Shown here: positions 50,970 through 63,060 of the stretch, in pieces
Position numbering within the stretch: position 1 is the first letter of the stretch
How the letters are laid out: every line of letters starts with the position of its first letter
Assembly: GCA_951406725.2 (NCBI GenBank)
Contig: OX597814.1
Location: 8,246,001 to 8,310,000 of the forward strand
DNA: 64,000 nt
Reading direction: 5' to 3'
DNA from: Octopus vulgaris
Taxonomy: Eukaryota
Translations under genes and position numbers: made by a program
The notes under the pieces: generated by a model
What the model was told of the DNA's origin: nothing
Databases searched by the model: none
What the model saw: the letters and a program-made list of their open reading frames with translations, nothing else

Positions 50970-53870
50970 ATTGGATAGCATGGACCTACCTGCCTTTCCA
51001 GGTGCCGAGCTGCAGGCCCACTGACTTTTCTTGGTTACTTTTCGTTCATGTCACCAACTCTTATTCCCTTAGAGCAATGTCAACCTGCTCTATTGTTTGA
51101 CACTAACATGGTGACAACTGGATATGCTCTCCTACATCCTATTTCATGTGGGATGCCTTTCAATGATTTCAGTCTCTGTAGTAATGGCTCAAGAGCCAGT
51201 ACATACAGAAGAGGCAAGAGAGGACACCCTTACCAGACAGAATGCATGATAGTGAATGGTTCCAATGGGAAACCATTCGCCGGAACTACTAAGCAAATGT
51301 CACAATACATTGCAGTGATCCAGCCATGGAAAAATGGGACAGAAATGATGATAGCCACCAATTTTTGGTGGTTGACCCTATTAAAAGCTTTAAATTTACT
51401 CAAATTGATCAGGGCCCCACCCACGTTATGTTTCTTACCCACCCTATCTATGATGTATCGCATGAGTTGGAGGTCGTCATGGATGGATCCGCCTGGGATT
51501 GTACATATTTGTGCATCACCAATCAGTTCTTCAATGACAAGTGCCAACTTCTTTGCTAACACCTTGACCAAAGTTTTGAATTCTGCATTCTAGAGCATGA
51601 TGGTCTTAAAGTTTTCTACTGCTTGGGTCCTTTTTTTGTAAAAGTTCCACTAATGCTACCAGTTGCAGTAGATATTTGCAAAAAGGTTGCCAAACAAGTT
51701 TGGCATATAGAAGTAAGGCTCTTCAGGCAGGCCATCCTAACTAGACAATCTACCCTATGTCCATCCCATCATCACATCCACTATTTCCACAGCTGTTATC
51801 CTCTTTTAAGTGACACACTGATCCACTTTCTGATAGCTGTCACATGCAGTTAAGGTAAGCACTGAAGTCCATCTTACATTCCAGGCTGCCAAATATTTAT
51901 CCCAAACAGCTGGGCAAAATGCTGCTGAAATGCTGTACACATCTGCTCTGGAATGAGTAGCATGCACCTATATTAGTCCACCAAAGATCGAATTATGGCT
52001 TTGTTTTCCATGTTGCACCACTGCCCTTTGGGCCCATTGAGTGGCTTTCATTCCCTCTTCTCTTAGAGCATGCACCTTAGCTCTTGCAATGCAAACTTCA
52101 TGTTTAACATTGAAGAACTGATCCAGGCCAAGTCAGTTTCAACAACTTTCCTAAGTGCCTCTTCTAAGTTTCTCTCTAAATTTTCTTCTAATTCCTTTCT
52201 AACACTAATTCCTTACTAAACCTTGCTGATTCTACTCTAATTGCCCTTTTCAGGGCAAACCACCATTTGTTGCTCATGAATGCCCCATCAACACCTGTTT
52301 AACTAATTCTTTAATCTGGTCCCTGTAAGCTTGGCACACTGGGAGAGATGCATTCAGCTTCCAGTAACTGGGTCCCTACGATGTAAGCCTATCAAGGCTG
52401 ACCATACAAATCACAAATGTGTAGCCAACTTTTACTATCGTTATCTACTGGCCTACAGAATACCCTGTCTAAAGATGAGCTGGATGACTTGATGCAATTC
52501 ATCCATGTCCAAACTGGCTCATCAGGGAAATCTAGTCAGTACCTGTCAGATATTTGGAAATGTCTGAGCAGGTTTGCAAGCCTTTTGCCCCACACCACCC
52601 CTTTTTCTCTACTTGTAGCCCCACACAGTCCAAACACGGATCTAAGATGGTACTTCATTCACCCACTAACACTAAAGGGCAGGGTGCTCAAAGGAAATCC
52701 TCCGGACGTCTGAAGCAGACTGGATGTCCTGTTCCTGCAGAGCATAAACAGTCACCAGTCTGAAGGGACCCCCATCACTATTGTCCAGCATCACCAACTT
52801 CCCTCCTGGGGCGTATCTGCATCAACACCACTGTTCCACCACCCATCCCTCGTTGGAATGGAGATAAATATACCTTGCATCCATCGAAAATGGACATGAA
52901 AGCTTTAGTTGGTCAGAGAATCTGGTTTTACTGATGGCCACTACATTGACACTTAGTGATATGAGGTCATTGAGTAGACAGCCCTTGTTGCCAAGGCAAC
53001 CCCAGGCCACTCCCATTTATACTGCTGACTCTGAGTAGGGTTAGATCAAAGTATAGAAACGAGGAATTGACTTAGTTGGTGAGGAGGGGATGGATTTTCC
53101 ATCTCCATGGATATATGTGGATGTTTCCACAAGCAGTTCTTTACATATTCGTCTCAATTTATGACTCTCTGGAAAGCCCCCCAACCCAACCCACCTCAGG
53201 ATATTTTGTTTTGATGGTATTATACGTAGGTCGTGATGTCTGTATGACTTCAATATGTGTCTCTGGCTTGTTTCTCGGTGACATCAGGTCGGTGTGTGTG
53301 TGTGTGTGAGCTTTGTATGGTTATATATGTGTGATGCATTAGCATTTTTTTTTATTGTTGGTGTTTGTTGCTTTGTGGGGTAGTTCACATCTCTCATTTC
53401 TTACAAACAGAAAGCTTTGGGATGGTTTGTATCCTTGCACAGCTGACATCTTGGTTTTCTACCCTCAATAGCCACATAAAGCTTTGTGCCATCCTGTAGA
53501 CTAAAACACTTTGCTCGTCTGCCTGTATTAGAAGCTGCATCCCCTGTTCTGTTTATGTCTGGTAGGATGTTGAAAGTTCTTCGACCAAGATAGATGGGAA
53601 TAATGATTAGTTTCTCAGTTTTTAGGGTAGCTGCCGAGTGATTTTTTGGTTTCCTCCTCTGAGATGAACCTCACTTTGACAGTCCCATATTTCTTTCCCT
53701 TGGCTACATAAGTTTTGCTTTTCCAAACTGGTTTTAAGCATTTCTCTATTTGCTGCTATGTTGCCTGCTCTATTTTCCTACTTTTGGCTCCAGTTGCTTC
53801 ATATAAAACTGTCTGCAAGTTAATTTCCTGCTGGATAGTTCTAGGAATGTTTACTGCCACATTTCTGACA
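50970..53870 (-). mobile_element. Tx1/L1-like LINE, 3'-truncated and deleted
   Basis: APE 53016-52822, RT 51571-51230 (KVLAKKL, GGALINL.KAFNRVNH), ORF1 remnants ~53450-53750. Confidence 0.8.
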
Positions 53871-53909
53871 GAAATGCCAAAAAAGTAAAAAAGATTTTCA
53901 GCAAAAAAC

Positions 53910-54410
53910 TTGCACACAGTCGCAATAGTTCAGTATGGCTCTGGAATCCTGAAGTGGACAAAGGAGAAGCTAAAGGAGATGGACAGGAAGACAAGAAAGC
54001 TCTTAACGATGTATGGAGCCCATCATCCACAAACAGACACTGATTGCCTATTCAGGAAGAGAGGGAAATGGAGAAAGAGGACTGATAAGTGTGGAAGACT
54101 GCATACGTACCAAACTCCAGAGCTTAATGAGATACGTAACCCAAAGCAGGGAAACCTTGCTAGTCACCGTTAGGAATGAGGGAGTATTGGGAGCAGGGAA
54201 AAAAGGGAAAACAAAGGAAGAAGTACAAAAAGGACATGACGAAGAATTACCCAAGAAGGGACTACATAATTAATTCCATGCAGCTAAAACAGAAGTTGCT
54301 GAAAAAAATTGGTGGGATTGGCTGATGAAAGGAACCCTAAAAAAAGAGACCAAGAACACTATACTGGTGATGCAAGACCAAGTTTTAGCCACAAATTTTA
54401 GGGTCAATTT
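53910..54410 (+). mobile_element. R4/Dong-like LINE fragment
   Basis: MDRKTRKLLTMYGAHHPQTDTD, RGLISVEDC; same family as 28870. Confidence 0.75.
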
Positions 54411-54686
54411 TGCATGTTCGAATTGTGCTTCTCTCTATTGTACAAAACTTTCTAGAGATAAGAGAAAACCAAGCTAACCTACGTGTATGCCAGAAAAAAT
54501 CACAAAACACATCAAAGATTCCAATATTACTGAACAATTCTAAGACATCAATAAAGGATCCCATATTTTATTTTATTTTTCAAATTTTATTCCATATTTT
54601 ATTTCATCATAGAATCATTGGGGGTGGAGAGGGTAAATTCCAAAAATATCAACATCAAACAACAAACAACAAATATATCAACCAAC

Positions 54687-54914
54687 CTTCAGAATTTCTG
54701 TGTCTTGAGGATAAACCACAAAGTATACAACTTTGATCTGGCTTGAATTTAGATCTGAGTAGTTTTTCACTGCTTCATACATTGTTCTGGGTAAATTTTC
54801 AATGGAGTACCTCAATTTTCCAGCTCCTAATATAGGAAATGCAAGGCTTTTTGCACCCATTTTCTCAGCAGTTTCCAGACAAGTGGTTATTATTTGAGTC
54901 AAGTTTGCCAGAAT
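54687..54914 (-). CDS. Exon of macro-domain (PARP9/14/15-like) gene, C-terminal half of macro
   Basis: ttttag / gttggt splice sites, 228 nt phase 0-0: ILANLTQIITTCLETAEKMGAKSLAFPILGAGKLRY...VYFVVYPQDTEILK. Confidence 0.9.
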
Positions 54915-55494
54915 CTAAAAAAAATTAATTGCTTAGTAATTGATAATGAACATTTTATTAAATTATTTTCTTATTACAGGAAGAAACCATTAAGTTGTAA
55001 TAAATATATTCTCCCCTCACAACTGCCATTCCTATCACTCTTTAGTCCTGCAAGGGACAAAGCAACCTCACTCATGATGCTGCTACAATAAAACAGACCC
55101 AATCCACCGTGTAAAATGGTTGGTGAATGAAGAGAGAGAATGCAGACCCAAGAGGAGTCTTTAGTGTTGTTGAGGACATGACAACCTCTCTAGTGCTCGT
55201 GCCATGACAGAGAAAAACTCACCAATACAGACAGTAAAACAGAGAAATATGTTTTAATATAGTCTTATTTATCAGTCGCATAACTGTTGTTAGGCCATGA
55301 GGCTTTTTTCCTTCTATTTATATATAAAAGTGTCCTGTTCATCGATATCTTCTGCTTCCTTCCAATGATAACTTGGAAGAACAAATATTAAACAGGATGC
55401 TGACATTTGCTTTATGATTCTTACACAACATGCATAAGGTTCTCTTCAAACATTAACTGTTTCAATAAATTAATATCATATGATTGATACTTAC

Positions 55495-55722
55495 TGAATC
55501 AGGGGAATTTTCATCCCAGGGAGGTAATGCCAGATGAAATACATTCTTACATTTGAGGTTATATCCTTTAGTGACGGCTATTTTAGATGTAGAAATACCT
55601 TGAGGATATTTCTGGTAACATTCATTTTGTATCTCAGGACCAGCAGTATTGAGAATAAGTTTGGAGATAGACCCTTTGTCAAGCTGGAGTTCTTCATTGG
55701 AGCTGTTAACGATGACATCAAC
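55495..55722 (-). CDS. Exon of macro-domain gene, N-terminal half of macro
   Basis: ttttgtag / gtaagt, 228 nt phase 0-0: VDVIVNSSNEELQLDKGSISKLILNTAGPEIQNEC...TKGYNLKCKNVFHLALPPW. Confidence 0.9.
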
Positions 55723-56003
55723 CTACAAAAGTAATTAATGATAAACAACTAAGGAACATTCCATGGAGAGAAGAGAGATACATTGTTGCAGTTGATATTG
55801 TTGTTAAGAAAGGCTCTACAGAATGGCTGTAGTAAGTTAGAGGTTGTTAAAGTTAGCAAAAGATATACTCAAGATATGAGATGTGAAGGAAATAGAATGT
55901 TTGAGTTTGATTGAGAAAATGTTTTAATTAACTTTAATGATTCCTCATTTGGAAATGAAATAACAATTAAATATAAATAAGTTATGTGAATCTATTTACT
56001 CAC

Positions 56004-56140
56004 AGATGCATTAGAAATTGAACCAGGCATTAGGTTTATTTTGATGCCAGCATTTTCTCCGGATGCCACATTAGTTCTGGGTGTCATAGGGGCTGCTTTC
56101 TGTTGTGGACCAAGAAGGGATGCATTGAATGATGTGGTTT
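56004..56140 (-). CDS. Exon of macro-domain gene, linker plus first macro strand
   Basis: ttttcag / gtgagt, 137 nt phase 1-0: TTSFNASLLG...IKINLMPGSISNAS joins VDVIVN in frame. Confidence 0.85.
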
Positions 56141-56567
56141 CTGAAAATAAACAAGTAAACATTTTTCTCTCTCTCTCAAAAGAACTATTTTATTCCATAT
56201 AAATAGTAATGATATTCCTTTCTGAAAATATGATTTAGCAAGAGAATACATGCTAACTTGTAGTCATTTCCCCACCAACTTTTATATAGCGACAAGGCTA
56301 TATAACGTTATTTCCATCTATTTCTTCTACCACATGGACTAAAAATACATTAAAGAACATACTTGAAACTTTCAAACTCTGAAAACAGTGAAACTGGTTA
56401 GTAAAACGTGATCTTCCTCCTCCTTTTTTTCTTAAAACATTTATTAAAACAGGCTTCAGATGGTGTAGATTCCAGTAAGTTCGGAATTTGTTGTGAAAAA
56501 AATGTTTTTGAGGAAGTGGAGAGAGGAGTTTCAGAAAATTCACACCAGTCAAATTTGGTTCCTTTTG

Positions 56568-56792
56568 GAACGTAAAAAGCCGTTGCCAGCCTCCTCTGGC
56601 CCCTGTGGCAGTGGTACGTAAAAAGCCCCCAGTACATTCACGGAATGGTTGGTGTTAGGAAGGGCATCCAGCTGTAGAATCACTGCCAGATCAGACTGGA
56701 ACCTGGTACAGCCTCCTGGCTCCCCAGACACCAGCTGAACCGTCCAACCCATGCTAGCATGGAAAGCGGACGTTAAAAGATGATGATGATGA
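56568..56792 (+). mobile_element. Short RTE 3' end with one repeat unit and (GAT)n tail
   Basis: Homologous to 1-223. Confidence 0.8.
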
Positions 56793-57292
56793 TAACTTTT
56801 GGGAAAATGGTTATTTTTAGATGAAAATTTTCACAAATACCTTTAAGAGTCTGTAAATTACGATAATAATGGAATTTAATATGAAAATAAAAATTACAGA
56901 CATAAATACTGATACATGTCAGATATTTGTTTTGAAAGATTTTTTTTGTTTTTTCAACAAATTCCATTAGAATTAGAATTTATACCATCTGAAGCATCTT
57001 TATAGAAAATCTCATTAAATAAGTATGCTTTTCTTTAAATTTTAAGGAAAAGAAATCTTTGCGACACACATTTATAGGCATGGTGCGGGTAATGCTCTGG
57101 ATAGTTGCTGTATATCATTCCACATGTGTGACCAAAAGTCCATAATAAACATGTAGTCTTTAAAATCTTAATCATATATATATATATATATATACATATA
57201 TATAGACGTGTTGAGCGTTGAAGTATAAAGACGTGCTTTTACTCGTCTCTGCCGGTCAGCAGTAAGCTTCACAGCTACAAACGAACTTCACC

Positions 57293-57585
57293 ATCTATAT
57301 ATATAAAACTGAGAATGTGTGAATCCCTAAAACTTGAGAACTACACAACCAATTTCATTTAAATTTTACACATGCTATGACACTACATGGACCTGAAGGT
57401 CCATGTAGACTCATGGTCAAAAGAATTTTTAACTTCTTGCCTAGGGCAAGCCCACAGCAATATCATATCTTCACTATTTCAGTATTAAGTGTCAAAAGTG
57501 AAAGAAAAAGATCGCTCTATTGTAATGTCAGATACTTTCACTTTAATACTGAAACTATTAAAATGAAACTATTATATAACAGGGA
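57293..57585 (+). mobile_element. Non-autonomous Helitron-like fragment
   Basis: atctatatatataaaactgagaatgtg start; homologous to 10790-11073. Confidence 0.5.
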
Positions 57586-57742
57586 TGAACTGTTACTGGA
57601 CATCCATTCTTCTAGAAGAAGATCCACTGTGGTCTTATATGCTACACCACTGGTTTTAAATTGATACTAATCAAATTAATATTCAATTTTTCACCCTTAT
57701 TATTTTAAATTTAAAGTTACAAGTATATATATATAGATGTAA

Positions 57743-57813
<71 letters not shown>

Positions 57814-57830
57814 TATATATATATATATAT

Positions 57831-59155
57831 ACTGGAACAAGGCCACCAGTTCACCATTAGAACAAACTTCACCTGTGCATCAGAAAACTTAATTTACGTC
57901 ATAACATGCGCAGGCTGCAATAGGCAGTATATAGGCCATACAAAAAATAGCTTACGTAACAGGATGGCGGTGCATAAATCACAAATTAGAAACCCTGATT
58001 ACCGCAAAATACCGGTCAGCAGACACATAGATAGATGTGCTGGAAATGTAAATCCGAAATTTACAACTAACCCGCTCTATAAATTCAGTGACAACGCAAC
58101 CTTCACACAACGCCAAAATAAAGAACTATATTTCATTAAAAAATTTAGACCAAGTTTAAACACTCTGGGCCAGGAATACTAAACCAAAAGATAAGTCCTC
58201 CGAAAAGGAGAAGCAAAATTCCACCACGGCCGCTACCTTAAACAGACACTCGCTCTGACGGAAATATGCCTTAGTAAAAAAGGAAAAAAATCCTTTCGTG
58301 CAAATCTGACCCTGATACATACGATACAGCCAAGGGTCAGACCCGATTCTGATTGGTCAACAAGTTGATGACGTCTAGTTCTGCTAGAATGGACAGAATA
58401 CAAACAGGGGACAGTCATTAGTCAGAATATTGATGACGTCCTTTTCTGCTTGACTAGTCACCTAACAAGTACAGACAGGGGGCAGATCTAATGTAGCTAT
58501 AAGTCGTGATTGGGCAGAATCTGGATGACGTCCCGTTCTGCTTGACTAACGAAGCGACTGGTCAAAACAGGAAGCAGACAAGAGGCAGTTATAATGCAGC
58601 GATTGGTCAAAATGATGATGACGTCCCGTTCTGCTTGACTAAAGCCACCTAACGAAACGATTGGTCAAAACATTGATGACGTCACGCTAAGCTGGACTGA
58701 CCACCTAACAGGCATTATAAAACCGAGCACTTCACAAGACTCAATAGAACCACACAGCGAACACCCACCATGGGTCATCACAATTGCTTAAGGTAAAAAT
58801 GAATTCCTCGCTCTTTCGGAAACATCAATCTTCTGTATTGACTGCTTTCCACCACTTTGATCTGTTTTTTGTATTGAATACGTATCGCCACCGTGGGCCA
58901 CTGCATCGAACACTTTGAACATATAGCGTGAATGAACTTACTTCAAACTATATATCAACTATACATGAACTCTAAGATGTCTGACTCCGTTGTGTATTAT
59001 AAATGAATTTCTTGTGTTTGACGGCATGAGCTGTCTTTTTTTATATATAACTTTTTTTGATAAGGTTCATTTCAGGAACTGAAACATGTTATAATGTATA
59101 TATAAAAATTAAAAATTGTATAATATAGCAGCATTTTCGAACTTCATTTTTTACA

Positions 59156-59158
<3 letters not shown>
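57831..59158 (+). mobile_element. 5'-truncated Penelope-like element (GIY-YIG endonuclease plus pLTR) between TA tracts
   Basis: Open frame FTCASENLIYVITCAGCNRQYIGHTKNSLRNRMAVH...KELYFIKKFRPSLN to 58182. Confidence 0.85.
58350..58800 (+). promoter_or_regulatory. Putative pLTR promoter: repeated ATTGG/TGACGTC modules, TATA, ATG, splice donor
   Basis: Five gatgacgtc sites (perfect TGACGTCA 58677-58684), several gattgg, TATAAAA 58716-58722, ccaccATGg 58770, AG/gtaaaa 58793. Confidence 0.5.
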
Positions 59159-59217
<59 letters not shown>

Positions 59218-60620
59218 TAGATAAAACTTAGATATGTTTCGACCAAAGATTGGTCCAGGCCATGTCTAACTTAATAGCACCACCTGATAGGATTATCTAA
59301 ATCCTGTTTAAGTCAAGTTTTGTTTATGGTCCATTCAAGTAGTGAGTTTTTGTTGGGTGAGTTGTATCCAATTATGGGTGGCTTATCTGGTATTCCTTGA
59401 AGAAATCTATCCAGAAGCCGTTTAAAGTTGACGGGATCCTTTTCCTCTTTGATCTCTTTCAGGACAATGTTAAATAGGGCAGGGCCTGTTGAGGAAAGGA
59501 AATTATGTTGCAGTGTACATATATGCTGTGATCTTGAATTGGGCTGGGGACGTATGGCCTGTGGTCCCAATCTTGGATGAATCTTGAAGCTAATGTTCAG
59601 GTCGTTTGGCCAAAGTTGGCGGTATATTCTCCACATTGTACAAATGATGTACCGCTCACGGCGACGCTGGAGAGATTAGAGTTTCAAGGCTTTAAGGCGG
59701 TCCCAATAATTGAGAGCAACCATGCCTTCAATTCGTTTAGTGAGTGCCCTCTGGGGTGACTCAATCCTCGAGATGTTTTGTCTTGTATGGGGAGACCACA
59801 GTGGGCAGCAGTATTCGAGGTGTGGCCGTACAAAGGAGGAGAAAAGTGGTATGATGACACCTTGTTCTCTGGACCGGAAAGTTCTGAAGATCCAGGAACT
59901 CATCTTACGAGCTATATCGACCTTATTGTTGATGTGTACACTCCAACTGAGATAGTCATCAACAATTACACCCAGGTCTCTGATATTGTTAGAGGCTGTG
60001 AGCGGTTCCCCTGAAGGAAGAGAGTATGGCTGTTTTAGTGAGGAATTTCTTCCAAAATGCATCAGCTCAAAATTTCCCTCGTTCAGTTGCATTTTGTTTC
60101 TGTCTGCCCATTGACTCACAGCATGTAGATCAGACTGGAGTTGAGTTCGGTCTGCTTCTTCATTGATGATTTGCTGGAGCTTAGTGTCATCAGCAAATAT
60201 TTTCGCTTTGCAGTAATGTACAACACTGGAAAGGTCGTTTATGTAAATTATAAAGCGTAGCAGGCCCAAGACAGTCCCCTGGGAGACACCGCTGGTGACT
60301 TTTGCTGGGCTTGAGTGGACTCCATCAACTACAACATGTTGTGTTCTATTCGCCAGGAAATACTTGATCCAGTGTAGAACTTTTCCACGGATTCCAACAT
60401 TTGCCAATTTTGAGAGTAGGATATTATGGTCTACCCTGTTGAATGCTTTACTGAAGTCAAGATATATGACATCAGAGTTCGAACCTGTTCCCAAGGCTTT
60501 AAGTATATCTTCAATGTGGTGTAAGAGCTGTGTTAGACAGTCCCTGCCACATCGAAAGCCATGCTGATTTGCATTTAGGAGTTTGTGGGTCTCCAGGAAG
60601 TCAGCTATCCGGGATCTTAA

Positions 60621-61706
60621 CCCTTTCGTTACTATATTTCTGACCAAATTACACCCCTTATGTGTTTCAATTAATTTCTAACGTAATCATAAATTTAGTC
60701 TGGTTTCATTAAACAACTATAACTTTTTTATTTATCGATATATCAATCTGATTTTTGGAAGATAATTTAATGAAATATTCTCAACCAATTCTATACTATA
60801 ATTTTTGTCACAAAGTGAATCTAATTGCAGGTAGATACAGGTAAATTCCACAAAATATAAAATTATTAAAATTTTGTTCAAACATCGCTATAGAAAATGG
60901 GTTATTAGCTAATATTCAATTGGGTAAACAACAAAATTTTACGATAGAATTTGTTATTCTGGGTAACTTTCTGATACCCATAATAATATTTATGGCAAAA
61001 TAGTCTTAATTTCATTTAAGGTTATGGGAAACCACAAAGTATCCTTTCTTTCGTTTTGTTTACATTCAGCGTAACGGTTCGTTTTCGCCGTAATGATTTC
61101 AAATAGGCTCATTCGAAAAAGTAAAAAGAAATAGTTTAAGGCTTTACTCCTCTGGGAAAGTCTGTGGCTTGGTCCAGTTTCTTCAGAAAAATCACCGAAA
61201 GAAACAGTTTTTAAATTTTCACTCCATTCGGGTGCCAATTCGTTTTCTTTATCGCTGTCGGAGCTCTCGAATTCACTGTTTTCACTTTCGGAAAATGAAA
61301 CATCAGATTCATTATCAAATACCATGTGCTTTTTTTTTTCAGTCATAGAGTTAGATTTATGAAGGTCTTCAGTAGAAAATCCTTCGAATTCTGACTCGCT
61401 GCTTGATATAATGAAATTCGTATCCATTTTTTGTCAGAATTACAAATTTTGAAAACACTATAGGAACAAATTTCGGAAAAAAATCTCCCAAAATTCACGG
61501 AATAAAAATTACACTTCGATTATTGTACAAAACTGTAGTTGAACTGTTTACGAAGTATAATACGTGTTTTCACGAATGTACTGAAGAGATTTGCTCTGAT
61601 ATTCTCATTTAAATATGAATAGATAAATTCGGGCGGCTTTGGGCGGTTTGGTCTCATAAACCAAAATTTTTTTCGGGTGGCTTTGGGCGGTTTGGTAACG
61701 AAAGGG
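60621..61706 (-). mobile_element. Internally deleted piggyBac transposon (1086 bp)
   Basis: TTAA duplication at 60617-60620 and 61707-61710; perfect 12-bp TIR CCCTTTCGTTAC; transposase N-terminus 61427-60990. Confidence 0.95.
60945..61427 (-). pseudogene. piggyBac transposase N-terminal fragment
   Basis: Acidic N-terminus, YFFLLF...TNRYA...WFPITLNEIK, then frameshifted IIMGIRKLPRI; catalytic core absent. Confidence 0.85.
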
Positions 61707-62625
61707 TTAACACTCTTTCAAACACTTTAATGATGTGGGAGGTGAGATTGGGCGATAGTTGACTGTGAGGGATCTGTTTCCCTGTTTGAAAACCGGGATG
61801 ACAGACTGGGATAGAAGCTGTTTCGGTATATAACCTGCGTCTAACGAATTTCTCCAGAGGTTGGTCAGAGGGACTGCAAGTTGGTGTTTACATTCCTTCA
61901 GGAGACTAGCGGGGAATCAATCAGGGCCTACAGCAGAATAGTATTTGACCTCATTTATTGCTGCTATGATGTCTGAGGCAGTGAAGGCTATGTCTGAGAT
62001 TTTATGCTGGGAGTCAACTTCGTTCGCTTCTCTTACATTAATATCAGTGGGAACACTAAAGACAGAGCAGTATTATTTCTGCAGTATTTCTGCCATTTCT
62101 TTAGCATCGTGTTGGGGAATGCCGTTATTTTCAATCAATGGCCCAATGGGTGAGACAGTGGTTCTATGCTTATTTGCATAAGAATAGAACACTTTTGGGT
62201 TCTGTTTGATGTTTTTGATAACCCACTGTTCCTCCACAGCTCTTTGATTTTCAATGGAGGTTTTCATGTCAGTCTGCAGATGAAGTTTTTCAAACTCTAG
62301 TCTTTTCATTGTTGTTGAATGAGGATGTTGTATGTGGGAATATTTTAATTGGTTGATTTATATATATATATATATATATATATACATACATGTATATATA
62401 TGTATGTATATATATATATACACGTATATATATAGATGTATATGTATAGATGTATATGTACACATGTATATGCATAGATGTATTTCTATAGATATAGCTG
62501 TATATGGATGTATGTGTAGATGTATACATACATGTACACATATATATACACATATATATATGCATACATATATACACCCATACACACATACACACCCACA
62601 CCCACACCCACACACAAACATACAT

Positions 62626-62940
62626 AGGTGCAGGTGTGGGTGTGTGGTAACAAACTTCATTCCAAAACACATGGTTCTCAGTTCAGTCCCACTGTGTGGT
62701 AACTTGGCACGTGTCTTCTGTTAAAGCCTCAGACCAACTAAAGCCTTGTCAGTGGATTTTGTAGACAGAAACTGAAAGAAATCAATTGTATGTATATGTA
62801 TGTATATATGTAAGTCTATGTGTGTGTCTTTGTGTTTCTCCCTCATCACTGCTTCACAACTGGTGTTCGTTTATTTACATCCCCATAACTTACTGGTTTC
62901 ACAAGAAGAAACTGATAGAATAAGTACCAGGCTTATCAAA
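62626..62940 (+). mobile_element. tRNA-type SINE
   Basis: gtgtggtaa..gttcagtcccactgtgtgg..tgtcttct..aaagccttgtcagtggattttgtagacagaaactgaaagaa. Confidence 0.7.
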
Positions 62941-63060
62941 ATATAAAAAAGCACTAGGCAGTGTCTCATATTTTTGTTTGCCCACTCAGTTGTATCTATC
63001 AATTTATCTTCGTATGTCTGCGTGTGTGTACGTATCTATATCTATCTATCTATCTACGGA

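Larger units (their letters stand above)
59213..62348 (-). mobile_element. 5'-truncated CR1/L2-group LINE between (TA)n tracts, interrupted by piggyBac
   Basis: RT 60616-59676 (YLDFSKAF, FADD, HLEYCCPLWSP), upstream KQNPKVFYSY; 3' end related to the 1697-6134 copy. Confidence 0.9.
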
